A stretch of DNA of 64,000 nucleotides from an uncultured Candidatus Saccharibacteria bacterium (GCA_964460855.1 CAYWQH010000008.1:5795-69794), one strand, 5' to 3'; positions 28,173 through 37,006 are shown, counted from the stretch's first letter. The notes: generated from the sequence alone by a model not told the origin. A program made the numbers and translations.

Positions 28173-29033
28173 TTGGCGCGTGCTAGGCTGGTGTCAATGG
28201 TTCTTTTTATTCTCTTAGTTTTCGGTATTGCTTTGGGTAGTTTTATAAATGCCCTGGTTTGGCGCCTGCATGAGCAAACTAAAAAATCGTCAAAAAGCCG
28301 TAAAAAAAGCCAGAATTTATCTATTATTAACGGCCGGTCAATGTGCCCGGACTGCAAACACCAGCTATCAGCCAAAGACCTGGTACCAGTATTTAGTTGG
28401 CTGTGGCTAAAGGGTAGGTGCCGTTATTGCCATAAGCCCATCTCAGCCGTTTACCCGGCAATTGAACTTCTAACCGGCATAATATTCGCCTTAAGCTATA
28501 TTTTCTGGCCAGTAGGGCTTAATACCGCCCATAACCAGGCCATTTTCATTACCTTTTTGCTTTGCGCCGTCGGCTTAATCGCCATGGCAATTTACGACAT
28601 CAAATGGATGCTGCTGCCGGACCGTATATTATTCCCAACGGCTTACATTGCCTGGGCTGGAACCTTGCTTGCCTTAATACTGGCCCATGGCAGCCGCTGG
28701 CATGAGCTTAAGCTGCTTCTTGCCGGTGTGGCCGTAGCCAGCGGCGTATTCTTAGCGTTGTATCTGTTATCAAGTGGCGAATGGATCGGCTTTGGCGATG
28801 TTAAGTTAGGTTTAGTTACCGGAGTATTATTGGCTACGCCGGCCAAAGCCTTGATGATGATCTTCGCCGCCTCGGTGTTGGGCTGCCTGGTAATAATCCC
28901 GGCCCTAATTGCCGGCAAAAGCAAACTTACCAGTAAAATACCGTTCGGCCCATATCTGATAGCCGCCACGTGGCTGGTGGTGCTGTTTGGCGATAAATTA
29001 ATTCATTGGTATACCGGTTACCTCCAACTCTAA
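28173..29033 (+). CDS. pilD: Prepilin peptidase (A24 family) PilD
   Basis: Polytopic membrane protein. N-terminal Cys motifs CPDC...CRYC and catalytic Asp motifs (IYDIKW.. and GFGDVKLG). Start is TTG 28173 or ATG 28197. Confidence 0.88.
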   Translation: MARARLVSMVLFILLVFGIALGSFINALVWRLHEQTKKSSKSRKKSQNLSIINGRSMCPDCKHQLSAKDLVPVFSWLWLKGRCRYCHKPISAVYPAIELLTGIIFALSYIFWPVGLNTAHNQAIFITFLLCAVGLIAMAIYDIKWMLLPDRILFPTAYIAWAGTLLALILAHGSRWHELKLLLAGVAVASGVFLALYLLSSGEWIGFGDVKLGLVTGVLLATPAKALMMIFAASVLGCLVIIPALIAGKSKLTSKIPFGPYLIAATWLVVLFGDKLIHWYTGYLQL

Positions 29034-29072
29034 GCTATTCCTTCTAAACTGCTTGTGCTATATACTTAAGGG

Positions 29073-29909
29073 ATGAAAATCGACAAGGGTGGATATACTA
29101 TTGTCGAAGTGCTGATAGTACTGGCCGTCAGTAGCTTGATATTCCTGTCTGCCGTATTGGCCGTCCAGGGGCGTTCGGCCCGCACCGGTTTCGATACCGG
29201 CATGCGCGAAATAGACTCCAAACTGCAGGATTGGCTCAACGATACTACTACCGGATATTACCCGGGCGCCGGCCAAAACGGCTGCCAAAGCAAGCCTCCT
29301 TCTAACCGGCCCAGCGTTGACCCTAAATACTCTAAACCAAGCGACCCTAATTATGTGCCCGAATGTGTATTTTTAGGCAAAGCTATCCACGCGCCCGCCG
29401 ACAGCCGTAAGATTTTTGCCTATACCGTTCTTGGCAACCGGCTATTTACTTCGTCCACAGGCTCCGTTTCTTTAGTAAACAGTATGCTCGAAGCCAAACC
29501 CGAACCAATCGCCGAACCGGTAAACCTAACCGACACTTACGAATTGCCGGAAGGCATTACCGTAAAAAGAATCGTTGACCCCAGCGGCAGCAAGTACATG
29601 GCCGGTTATTACATCAAATTTGACGGCGGCTCCAGCGGCGGCACCAACTCTACGGCGGTAGACACCTACCTTTATAACGCTGACGGTTTCGGCACCATGG
29701 AAAATGGCAAAGACGACAGTGTGGTTAAATGCATCGAAGATACGGGTTTACCATCAGGCGGAAAGTGCATTGGTGATGACGCGCCAGTACCGGCAAATAC
29801 CAAATGGACAATTTGCTTCGACTCTAACTCCGGCCGTACCGCCCAAATTAGCATTCTTAATAATGGTGTTTCGCTAACGACAAAATTGGATTATGATAAT
29901 GCTTGTTAG
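29073..29909 (+). CDS. Minor pilin / pseudopilin with prepilin-type N-terminus
   Basis: MKIDKGG|YTIVEVLIVLAVSSLIF, with G-1 and E+5. Confidence 0.7.
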   Translation: MKIDKGGYTIVEVLIVLAVSSLIFLSAVLAVQGRSARTGFDTGMREIDSKLQDWLNDTTTGYYPGAGQNGCQSKPPSNRPSVDPKYSKPSDPNYVPECVFLGKAIHAPADSRKIFAYTVLGNRLFTSSTGSVSLVNSMLEAKPEPIAEPVNLTDTYELPEGITVKRIVDPSGSKYMAGYYIKFDGGSSGGTNSTAVDTYLYNADGFGTMENGKDDSVVKCIEDTGLPSGGKCIGDDAPVPANTKWTICFDSNSGRTAQISILNNGVSLTTKLDYDNAC

Positions 29910-29912
29910 TAG

Positions 29913-30350
29913 GTGGTTAAAATGCTAAAACCGGTAAAGTTTAACTCCCAGCGCGGCGATACTATCATCGAAGTGCTGATCTGCCTGGCGATTTTAGGCC
30001 TTGTGCTGGGCAGCTCTTATTCTTTGGCCAACCGCAGTTTGCAGCAAACATTGCTGGCCAGGGAGCATACCGAAGTTATTAAGATCTTATCGGGGCAAAT
30101 AGAACGGTTTAAAGCCGACGCCGCTGACCGCCAAAATACCACTAAATATTGTTATAACCCCGGGCCGTTCGACAATAGCGACCCGTCCAAGTGTTTATTC
30201 AATAATTTATACCGGGTAAGTATAAAGTGGACCCCAGGCGATGCGACCGCTATACCGCCAGCCCCGGAAGTTTATACTTTCCAGGCCCAATGGGACTCGC
30301 TAGGCAGCGATAGTTCCACGCAACAGGAGCAGATATTTTACCGCCCATGA
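29913..30350 (+). CDS. Minor pilin with prepilin-type N-terminus
   Basis: ..NSQRG|DTIIEVLICLAILGLVLG, with E+5. Start is GTG 29913 or ATG 29922. Confidence 0.7.
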   Translation: MVKMLKPVKFNSQRGDTIIEVLICLAILGLVLGSSYSLANRSLQQTLLAREHTEVIKILSGQIERFKADAADRQNTTKYCYNPGPFDNSDPSKCLFNNLYRVSIKWTPGDATAIPPAPEVYTFQAQWDSLGSDSSTQQEQIFYRP

Positions 30351-31027
30351 GTAACCACAGCTTAAAATTAAACCCCAGCGGCGGATTTACTATCGTCGAG
30401 CTGATGATTGCCACCCTTATATTCTCCATGATGCTGATTATAACTATGACTGCCTTTATCCAAATCGGCCGGATATTCTATAAAACGCTTATTATTTCGC
30501 GTACCAACGAGGTAGCCCGTAATATAAGCGATGACGTTGCCGAAAACCTTAGGACTTTAAACTATAAGGCGCCGGATGCGCCCCAAGGCAGCATAAATTC
30601 GACAGTCCGCTACGTTTGCATCAATAATAACTTTTACTTCTTCGAAATCGGCTCGCAGTACATTTCTACTTCATCCGATCCGCATGCCCAAGTTGGCTTG
30701 CGCAAATTCACAGCCACCGATTGCTCCGCCAGCCAGGCGCCCAATTATTACGCCCAAGCCTCCCAGCTGCTTGGCGAGCGCATGCGGGTTAGCAAATTCC
30801 AGCTAGGCGACACCGCCGTAGCTTCTAACGCCGCGCCTGGCAGCTGCCCGGCGGCTTCTGCCTGCCAGTTAAATATTAGAATTGCTTATGGTGACAACGA
30901 CCTGCTGGCTAGCCGCAGTGGTGATCCGGCCGGGCCGGGGGCACAGGATGCTACTTGCCAGGGCTTGCCGAGCGGTTCGGAATTTTGTGCGGTAAGCGAA
31001 CTTCAAACAGCGGTGTTAGGAAGGTAA
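30347..31027 (+). CDS. Minor pilin with prepilin-type N-terminus
   Basis: ..NPSGG|FTIVELMIATLIFSMML, with E+5. It overlaps the previous gene by 4 nt. Confidence 0.7.
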   Translation: MSNHSLKLNPSGGFTIVELMIATLIFSMMLIITMTAFIQIGRIFYKTLIISRTNEVARNISDDVAENLRTLNYKAPDAPQGSINSTVRYVCINNNFYFFEIGSQYISTSSDPHAQVGLRKFTATDCSASQAPNYYAQASQLLGERMRVSKFQLGDTAVASNAAPGSCPAASACQLNIRIAYGDNDLLASRSGDPAGPGAQDATCQGLPSGSEFCAVSELQTAVLGR

Positions 31028-31028
31028 T

Positions 31029-32201
31029 ATGATAAGCAAACCAATTTTTTATACTAAAACCAGCCGCCAATCCGGCTTCGCGTCTATTGTAATTGTAATG
31101 GCGTTTACGCTAATATTGGCGCTTATAACCCTTGGTATGACCCGAATTGCCGGCCGCGAAACCCGCCAGGCACTGGACCGCCAGCTCAGCGCCCAGGCAT
31201 ACTATTCGGCGGAGACCGGCATTAACGATGCTCGTAACGCCATAAATAAAGATCCCACCAACATTCCTACTAATATCCATTGCGACGACGCCACGGCCGA
31301 CCCTAATTTTTATAAGGACAATCATATCTTAAACGCCGGCTACGCCGAATATACCTGCCTATTGATTAATGCCCAAACCGGCGATGTACTTAAAGATATT
31401 ACAGTTGATGGTTCGCCAACCGTATTTACCGTTAAGTACGCCAAACCTATCCAAACCCTGGTGTTCAACTGGAAGTCATCCCCGTTAAACAAGCAGGCTT
31501 CCAGCGCCGCGCCCAGTAACCCGTTCCGCACCGATTTTAAAAACCCCGTTGATACCCTTGGCAACTGGTCTACCCAAAATAATAACTATACGAATACACC
31601 GCTGCTTAAAGTGTCGATTTATCCGGTCAGCGGAAACGCGGGCAATAACATGCCCAGCGGGCCTCCGGGCGCCAATACCTTGCAAAGCCGGGCTAGAACT
31701 TTCTTTTTGTATCCTACCGCCAGTTCGGTAGGCGGCGGCGGTACTGCCGACTGGGCCCTGGCCAACAACGGTTCACAGTTAAACGGCAAATGCTTCAACA
31801 CTTCACCGCCGCCTACCTATAACACCTATAGCTGCAGCGTAAGCATCAAAACCGTAGGTGTCGACGGCTTGACGCCTCCGGACATCGATAGCTACGTAAT
31901 TAGGGTATCAACACTTTACTCATCAGCCAGCCTGGACTTGGAAGGTTTAACCGGCAGTAATGTAACCGATACTACCGGCACCCAGGCCGTCATAGATTCC
32001 ACCGGCAAGGGCGCGGACGTTTATAAACGGCTAAAGGTAAGCATACCGCTGGGCACTAACGCCAACCGCGATGTACTGGTTTACCCGGATGCGGCTATTA
32101 GGACGTCCGATTCTATCTGTAAGCGGTTCAGGGTTCCGCTGGATGGATCTACCGTCGGCGGCCCAGAAGCCGGGGTCACCGACTCAGCCTGTAACTTTTA
32201 A
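31029..32201 (+). CDS. PilX-like large minor pilin (no E+5)
   Basis: RQSG|FASIVIVMAFTLILALITLGM is a hydrophobic N-terminus lacking Glu at +5, as in PilX-type proteins. It is the last gene of the pilin block. Confidence 0.55.
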   Translation: MISKPIFYTKTSRQSGFASIVIVMAFTLILALITLGMTRIAGRETRQALDRQLSAQAYYSAETGINDARNAINKDPTNIPTNIHCDDATADPNFYKDNHILNAGYAEYTCLLINAQTGDVLKDITVDGSPTVFTVKYAKPIQTLVFNWKSSPLNKQASSAAPSNPFRTDFKNPVDTLGNWSTQNNNYTNTPLLKVSIYPVSGNAGNNMPSGPPGANTLQSRARTFFLYPTASSVGGGGTADWALANNGSQLNGKCFNTSPPPTYNTYSCSVSIKTVGVDGLTPPDIDSYVIRVSTLYSSASLDLEGLTGSNVTDTTGTQAVIDSTGKGADVYKRLKVSIPLGTNANRDVLVYPDAAIRTSDSICKRFRVPLDGSTVGGPEAGVTDSACNF

Positions 32202-32207
32202 TAATAA

Positions 32208-33122
32208 TTAATCGGATTTTCGATGGAACCTGCTATGAACTTCTTTTAAGTGCGGGTCGGTTACATGCGTGTAAATCTGGGTGGTAGATATATTGCTATG
32301 GCCCAGCATCGATTGCACCGACCTTAGATCGGCGCCGTTCATTAAGAGGTCGGTAGCGAATGAGTGGCGCAGGGTATGGGGGCTGACATGTTTGGTAATT
32401 CCGGCCAGCAGGGCATAACGGCCAACCATCCGTTGTACGCTGCGGGCAGTTAGCCGGTGGTAATTGCCCGATGTATCGACTTTCTTATTGCCGGCGTATC
32501 TAATAAACAGTGGTTTAGTATTATCTTCGCGCTTGGCCAAGTATAGCTCAATCCATTTGGCGGCATCCGGGCTGATAAATATCGGCCGGTCTTTTTGGCC
32601 TTTGCCGCGCACCATAAATTCGCGCCTTTTCAAATTAATGTGTTCACGGTCCAAACCAACTAGTTCAGACACCCGTAACCCACTGCTAAATAATAGTTCG
32701 AGTATGGCCCGGTCGCGCATGCCCGGTACCGTGTCTACTTTTGGTTGTTCAAAAAGCCGGGCCAGTTCATCCTGGTTCAAAAAAGTCACTTGGGTCCGTG
32801 TAGTCCGCGCCAATTCGATCTTATCCGGGGCCAGGGCAGGAATATTGGACTTCGCACAATATCGTAAAAAACTCCTTAAGGCTATCAAATGGTAATTTTG
32901 TGTCGTCTTCGATAGCTCATCGCTGGTGTTGGTTCCCAACCGGTTTAGCCACAGCCGCCATTTCCTTATAAGTTCGGCGTCTATATCCTTAACTTTAATG
33001 TCGCCGGCAAAGTCAGACAACCTTATCAGGTAGTGGTGGTAGTTCTCGATGGTTTTTTGTGAGCGGTTCTGTTCGATCTCCATGTATTCTAAAAATCGGC
33101 TAACCGCGGCTTCGTAATCCAT
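32208..33122 (-). CDS. Tyrosine recombinase XerC/XerD family
   Basis: 304 aa. N-terminal SAM-like domain and C-terminal catalytic motifs RDRAILELLFSSGLRVSEL, HTLRHSFATDLL, LGHSNISTTQIYTHV. Confidence 0.85.
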   Translation of the reverse strand: MDYEAAVSRFLEYMEIEQNRSQKTIENYHHYLIRLSDFAGDIKVKDIDAELIRKWRLWLNRLGTNTSDELSKTTQNYHLIALRSFLRYCAKSNIPALAPDKIELARTTRTQVTFLNQDELARLFEQPKVDTVPGMRDRAILELLFSSGLRVSELVGLDREHINLKRREFMVRGKGQKDRPIFISPDAAKWIELYLAKREDNTKPLFIRYAGNKKVDTSGNYHRLTARSVQRMVGRYALLAGITKHVSPHTLRHSFATDLLMNGADLRSVQSMLGHSNISTTQIYTHVTDPHLKEVHSRFHRKSD

Positions 33123-33239
33123 ACATGTATTTTAACAAATGCTAATTTTAAACTGTTTTTAAGCAATTGAATAAAAAAGTAGTGCAAAAATTACAGCTAA
33201 TATATTTGCTATAATAGGGGTAAATTTGAAAGGTATGAT

Positions 33240-33749
33240 ATGGAACGAACACTAATTATCCTCAAACCCGATGCCGTACAACGCGGCATCGTTGGCGAAG
33301 TACTCAGCCGCTTCGAAAAAGCCGGCCTTAAAATTGTAGCCATGAAAATGGTCGCTCCGGACAAAGAGCATTTTCACGCTCACTATGAAGGCATTAGCAA
33401 ATTGATCAGCCGGTGGGGCGAAGACATTTACAATATAACGTTGTCGCATATGACCGAATCGCCGGTAATCGCGGCCGTACTAGAGGGAATTGACAGTGTA
33501 GAGCATGTCCGAAAGATGGTTGGAACCACAGACCCTAAAGAATCAGCTCCGGGCACTATCAGGGGTGACTATACTCATGTGCCTCGGGCAGATACTAACA
33601 AGCGGGGCAGCACGCTTCCGAATATAATCCACGCTTCAGGGAATGCCGAAGAAGCGGCTGAAGAGATAAAATTATGGTTTGGGGATAATGAAATTTACGG
33701 GTACCAAACGGCCCACGAAGAGACTGTAAAAGGCCGCATTCCTAGTTAA
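33240..33749 (+). CDS. ndk: Nucleoside-diphosphate kinase
   Basis: MERTLIILKPDAVQRGIVGEVLSRFEKAGLKIVAMK and active-site NIIHASG. Confidence 0.9.
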   Translation: MERTLIILKPDAVQRGIVGEVLSRFEKAGLKIVAMKMVAPDKEHFHAHYEGISKLISRWGEDIYNITLSHMTESPVIAAVLEGIDSVEHVRKMVGTTDPKESAPGTIRGDYTHVPRADTNKRGSTLPNIIHASGNAEEAAEEIKLWFGDNEIYGYQTAHEETVKGRIPS

Positions 33750-33770
33750 GAAGTAATATTATCTGTAAAA

Positions 33771-33876
33771 GCCAGTTCGGGTCCTTCGACTCATTGTCTT
33801 TCGGCTATTCGATCTGGATCATTCGACTCGGCTTGGTTTACCATGAGCGAGGCTCGAGTAATCGAGCCGAGTCGAA
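33771..33876. repeat. tRNA-trailing structured repeat, copy a
   Basis: gccagttcgggtccttcgac...ggatcattcgactcg...ggtttaccatgagcga...gagtcgaatggtg abuts the 3' end of minus-strand tRNA-Arg. The blocks are shared with 36746-36850. Confidence 0.7.
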
Positions 33877-33951
33877 TGGTGCCCCCACCACGATTCGAAC
33901 GTAGAGCTTCTCCTTAGGACGGAGCTGTTTTATCCATTGAACTATGGGGGC
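33877..33951 (-). tRNA. tRNA-Arg (anticodon CCT), CCA encoded
   Basis: The reverse complement gcccccatagttcaatggataaaacagctccgtcctaaggagaagctctacgttcgaatcgtggtgggggcacca folds as a cloverleaf. Acceptor gccccca/tgggggc, T-loop ttcgaat, anticodon loop gtCCTaa. Confidence 0.85.
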
Positions 33952-34027
33952 CTGAACAGGTATACTTTACCATATTTTTATAGCTCTACCTCTGGACTGG
34001 CAAGCATAAAAGCATTACCCTAATATC

Positions 34028-34543
34028 ATGGCAACAAAGTACTTTAAAGAACAGTTTGACGACGAAGACGTGCTTTTAGTATTCCGTAAACACCCGGTGG
34101 TTATGCGGCGCGGCCTGGTATACGCGATGTTCGGCTTATTATTAGGGGTTATTCCAGCCTTGGTAAAACCCGAGTATACCTATTTCTTTGGCGGGCTAGG
34201 CGCCGGTTTTCTATTAGCCATGATAATCTTTTTTCCTTATTGGGTGCGTTGGCACTTCAGCGTATATATAATGACCAACAAGCGCCTAATACAACAAACC
34301 AGGAGCCTTTTACAGGTTAGCGTAGTCGATATAAGCCTCGACCAAATCCAAATGGTAAATTACCAGGTATCAGGTTTGCAGGAAACTTTGCTGGGATTTG
34401 GTACAATAATGGTGCAAACTTACGTGGGCGATCTTGTAATTCGCGATGTCCATCATCCAGCGAAACTGCAAAAACAAATGATCCATATATTAAGGGACCT
34501 GGGTATCCACGCCTCAACCAAACCGGGGCTGGCCAGCGAATAA
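34028..34543 (+). CDS. Membrane protein with bacterial PH-like (YdbS/T-type) architecture
   Basis: 171 aa with two TM helices after FRKHPVVMRRGL, then a soluble beta-rich C-terminus. Assignment is by architecture only. Confidence 0.5.
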   Translation: MATKYFKEQFDDEDVLLVFRKHPVVMRRGLVYAMFGLLLGVIPALVKPEYTYFFGGLGAGFLLAMIIFFPYWVRWHFSVYIMTNKRLIQQTRSLLQVSVVDISLDQIQMVNYQVSGLQETLLGFGTIMVQTYVGDLVIRDVHHPAKLQKQMIHILRDLGIHASTKPGLASE

Positions 34544-34549
34544 ATTGCT

Positions 34550-35614
34550 ATGAAAAAACATATTTATAAAGTACTGCCTAAAAAAACCAAAGCCCATAAA
34601 GTGGCTGCGGCTGACGACGCCGAACCGGAAGTTGTCCCGCGCATTACCAACGAAACGGTCGCTGTCCACCGCGAAGAAGTGTTAAAGGGCGCCCGCAAGT
34701 ATATTTATCCGCTGCAGCACTCCAAGCACCGCATAGTTTTAATTACTACCGGTATCGTAATCGTTACTCTTCTTTCGTTCATGGCATATTGCGTCGTAGC
34801 CCTATACAAGGTTCAAAGCAGCAATGCCTTCCTTTACCGGGTCACCCAGGTTATCCCGTTTCCGGTAGCCCGCAGCGGTAGCAGCCTGGTTTATTACGAG
34901 AACTATCTATTCGAATTGCGCCATTATACCCACTATTACGAGCGTCAACTTCAGCAAGACTTAAACAGCGAAACCGGTAAACCGCAGTTGGTCCAGTACA
35001 AGCAAAAAGCCCTGCAGCAAGTTATAGACGATGCCTATGTAAAAAAGTTAGCCGCCCAAAATGGCGTTACGGTCAGCGATAAAGAAGTGCAGGAGCGTAT
35101 ACGCCTGGTGCGCGACCAAAACCGCCTGGGCAGCAACAACAAGGTATTCGAAGACGTACTGAAAGACTTCTGGGGCTGGTCGGTTAAAGACTTCGAGCGC
35201 AGCTTAAAGCAGGAAATATTAGCCGAAAAGGTCATAGCTAAGCTGGATACGGCAACCGACGCCAAGGCGGTTGCCGCCCAGGCCCAGATTAAAAATGGCG
35301 CTAACTTTAGTGACTTGGCAAAGAAAGTATCGGAAGACCCAACCTCAAAATCTACGGGTGGTGACTACGGCTTTTTGATCGATAAATCCAGCCGCGACGT
35401 CGCGCCACAGGTGGTAGACGAGCTATATAAGCTTAAAAAAGGCGAAACCTCCGACGTTATAAATACCGGCACCACCCTCGAAATCGTTAAAGTAATTGAT
35501 ATCAAGGATAACAAAATCCAGGCCTCGCATATTAGCTTCCAGCTCCAGGATATTTCCAAATATATTAACGACCTCAAAGAAAAACAAAAGACGACAACCT
35601 ATATCAAAGTGTGA
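34550..35614 (+). CDS. Membrane-anchored parvulin-type peptidyl-prolyl isomerase (PrsA/SurA-like)
   Basis: Single TM helix, then a SurA_N-like helical region, then the PpiC signature FSDLAKKVSEDPTSKSTGGDYGFL. Confidence 0.75.
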   Translation: MKKHIYKVLPKKTKAHKVAAADDAEPEVVPRITNETVAVHREEVLKGARKYIYPLQHSKHRIVLITTGIVIVTLLSFMAYCVVALYKVQSSNAFLYRVTQVIPFPVARSGSSLVYYENYLFELRHYTHYYERQLQQDLNSETGKPQLVQYKQKALQQVIDDAYVKKLAAQNGVTVSDKEVQERIRLVRDQNRLGSNNKVFEDVLKDFWGWSVKDFERSLKQEILAEKVIAKLDTATDAKAVAAQAQIKNGANFSDLAKKVSEDPTSKSTGGDYGFLIDKSSRDVAPQVVDELYKLKKGETSDVINTGTTLEIVKVIDIKDNKIQASHISFQLQDISKYINDLKEKQKTTTYIKV

Positions 35615-35667
35615 CAGGTTGCTAATTTAACTCCTTACTGCTAGTATTTAACCTGTTATTTGGCTAT

Positions 35668-35744
35668 GGGCTCGTGGTGTAGAGGCCTAACATGCCTCCC
35701 TGTCACGGAGGAGATCGCCGGTTCGAATCCGGTCGGGCCCGCCA
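35668..35744 (+). tRNA. tRNA-Asp (anticodon GTC), CCA encoded
   Basis: gggctcgtggtgtagaggcctaacatgcctccctGTCacggaggagatcgccggttcgaatccggtcgggcccgcca, with anticodon stem cctcc/ggagg. Confidence 0.9.
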
Positions 35745-35753
35745 AGTATGTTT

Positions 35754-35778
35754 CCCGCTTTGGTAGCGGGCTTTTTTA
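35754..35778 (+). terminator. Rho-independent terminator after tRNA-Asp
   Basis: cccgct-ttggt-agcggg followed by cttttttatt. Confidence 0.7.
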
Positions 35779-35918
35779 TTCAGGTCCGAATAATCAAGCA
35801 CCGCAATGCGTTATCCGGCCAGGCAAAGCTTATCACTAGACCAAACGTAAAAATTATGTTATAGTAACTTAGCTCAAGAACCCCTACAACCGATTGAGGT
35901 GAAACGATTAAGAGCAAG

Positions 35919-36440
35919 TTGGCCACCATCCGCGAAGCTCTTGGTTCGAACCGTGACGTCATCATGTTCGAACCTAAGCCGAGCCTGCAGCTGCCGAACC
36001 CCAACGGGTACTGGTTGCAGACCATCGACATCCGGGTCGCGCCCGACTACGGACTGTTCACGGTCAATGAGCTGCAGGCCTTCATGATGGGCCTGGTGAA
36101 GCTCGACCCAACATCGAAGGTAGACTTCCGAAGCAGGGGTGAATTCCTCCGCATCGGACAGCTGCACTTCGACGAGTCCATCGGTACCGAAACCGTGACG
36201 GGCAGCCGGACAATCCACATCACCGACCCCGACGTGCCGCTCCCGGACTTCTTCGAGAACGGCAAGACGGTCTTCGACGCCAGCAGGACTAACGACCTGA
36301 CGCGCCGAACATCCATCTGGGTCTATCCGGACCGCGACCACGCGGTGCGGGCGATGAAAGGAGAGGACGTATACAGCACCAGCAGCTTCCCTCGCATCAG
36401 GGGCAGCTACCGCCGGGCTAACATCGAACTGGGCCGCTAG
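35919..36440 (+). CDS. Orphan protein encoded in a high-GC, high-GC3 islet (probable foreign gene)
   Basis: 173-aa ORF. By eye, about 85% of third codon positions in this frame are G/C. The competing antisense ORF (35874..36503) is Ala/Arg/Gly/Val-rich, as expected for a shadow frame. The start is uncertain (TTG 35919 or ATG 35964). Confidence 0.6.
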   Translation: MATIREALGSNRDVIMFEPKPSLQLPNPNGYWLQTIDIRVAPDYGLFTVNELQAFMMGLVKLDPTSKVDFRSRGEFLRIGQLHFDESIGTETVTGSRTIHITDPDVPLPDFFENGKTVFDASRTNDLTRRTSIWVYPDRDHAVRAMKGEDVYSTSSFPRIRGSYRRANIELGR

Positions 36441-36447
36441 GGCACCC

Positions 36448-36473
36448 GTAAGGGCCGCCCCGGCGGCCCTTAC
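36448..36473 (+). terminator. GC-rich hairpin without U-tract downstream of the high-GC ORF
   Basis: gtaagggccgcc / ggcggcccttac is a 12-nt inverted repeat lying 8 nt after the stop codon. It is followed by taatttat, with no T-run. Confidence 0.45.
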
Positions 36474-36491
36474 TAATTTATAACCATTTTT

Positions 36492-36850
36492 CCAGAGGCG
36501 CACAGGCGAGGCAATAAGGATTATCCAGAGGCTCAGATTTGATTTCTAAGTAGGAAAAATAAGTACCAATATTATAATTTTCCGCTAACGCAGCAGTTCG
36601 GACCCTTCGACGCGCCGCCTCCCGGCGGCTTGCTCAGGATCATTTGACTCGATTAGCTTACAATTCATGACTCTCCAGAGGCGCACAGGCGGGATAAGCT
36701 TGGTATTTCTTTCGAGGAGCGCCAAAATTATAAAACCGCTAACACGCCAGTACGGGTCCTTCGACGCGAAGCCTTCCGGCTTCTTGCTCAGGATCATTCG
36801 ACTCGCTTAGTCCATGCATGGTTTACCATGAGCGAACGAAGTGAGTCGAA
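36492..36850. repeat. Imperfect tandem duplication (two units, ~183 and ~176 bp), each ending in a tRNA-trailing repeat core
   Basis: The exact 17-mer ccagaggcgcacaggcg occurs at 36492 and 36675. Shared blocks in the same order are ccgctaac, t[ta]cgg[ga][tc]ccttcgacgcg, and cttgctcaggatcatt[tc]gactcg. Confidence 0.8.
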
Positions 36851-36925
36851 TGGTGCGGGTGGCGGGAGTCGAACCCGCGTTTCAGCCTTGGGAAGGCTAC
36901 ATAATAGCCGTTATAAGACACCCGC
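36851..36925 (-). tRNA. tRNA-Gly (anticodon CCC), CCA encoded
   Basis: Reverse complement gcgggtgtcttataacggctattatgtagccttCCCaaggctgaaacgcgggttcgactcccgccacccgcacca. Acceptor gcgggtg/cacccgc, T-arm gcggg-ttcgact-cccgc. Confidence 0.8.
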
Positions 36926-36930
36926 ATTAC

Positions 36931-37006
36931 TGGAGCCACCAAGCGGGGTCGAACCGCTGACCTACGCTTTACGAAAGCGCCGCTCTACCAACTGAGCTAT
37001 GGTGGC
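36931..37006 (-). tRNA. tRNA-Thr (anticodon CGT), discriminator U, CCA encoded
   Basis: Reverse complement gccaccatagctcagttggtagagcggcgctttCGTaaagcgtaggtcagcggttcgaccccgcttggtggctcca forms a canonical cloverleaf. Confidence 0.9.

Noticed and set aside
32208-33122. Phage/ICE integrase marking a mobile element next to tRNA-Arg.
   Set aside because: The size (304 aa) and motifs fit chromosomal XerC/XerD. ndk lies between it and the tRNA. I found no flanking direct repeats or phage genes.
35874-36503. 209-aa minus-strand ORF competing with the 173-aa plus-strand ORF in the high-GC islet.
   Set aside because: Its composition is dominated by A/R/V/G/D, and G/C enrichment falls on the third positions of the plus frame, not this one. 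It also runs through the downstream hairpin. The plus-strand ORF is preferred, though neither has homology support.
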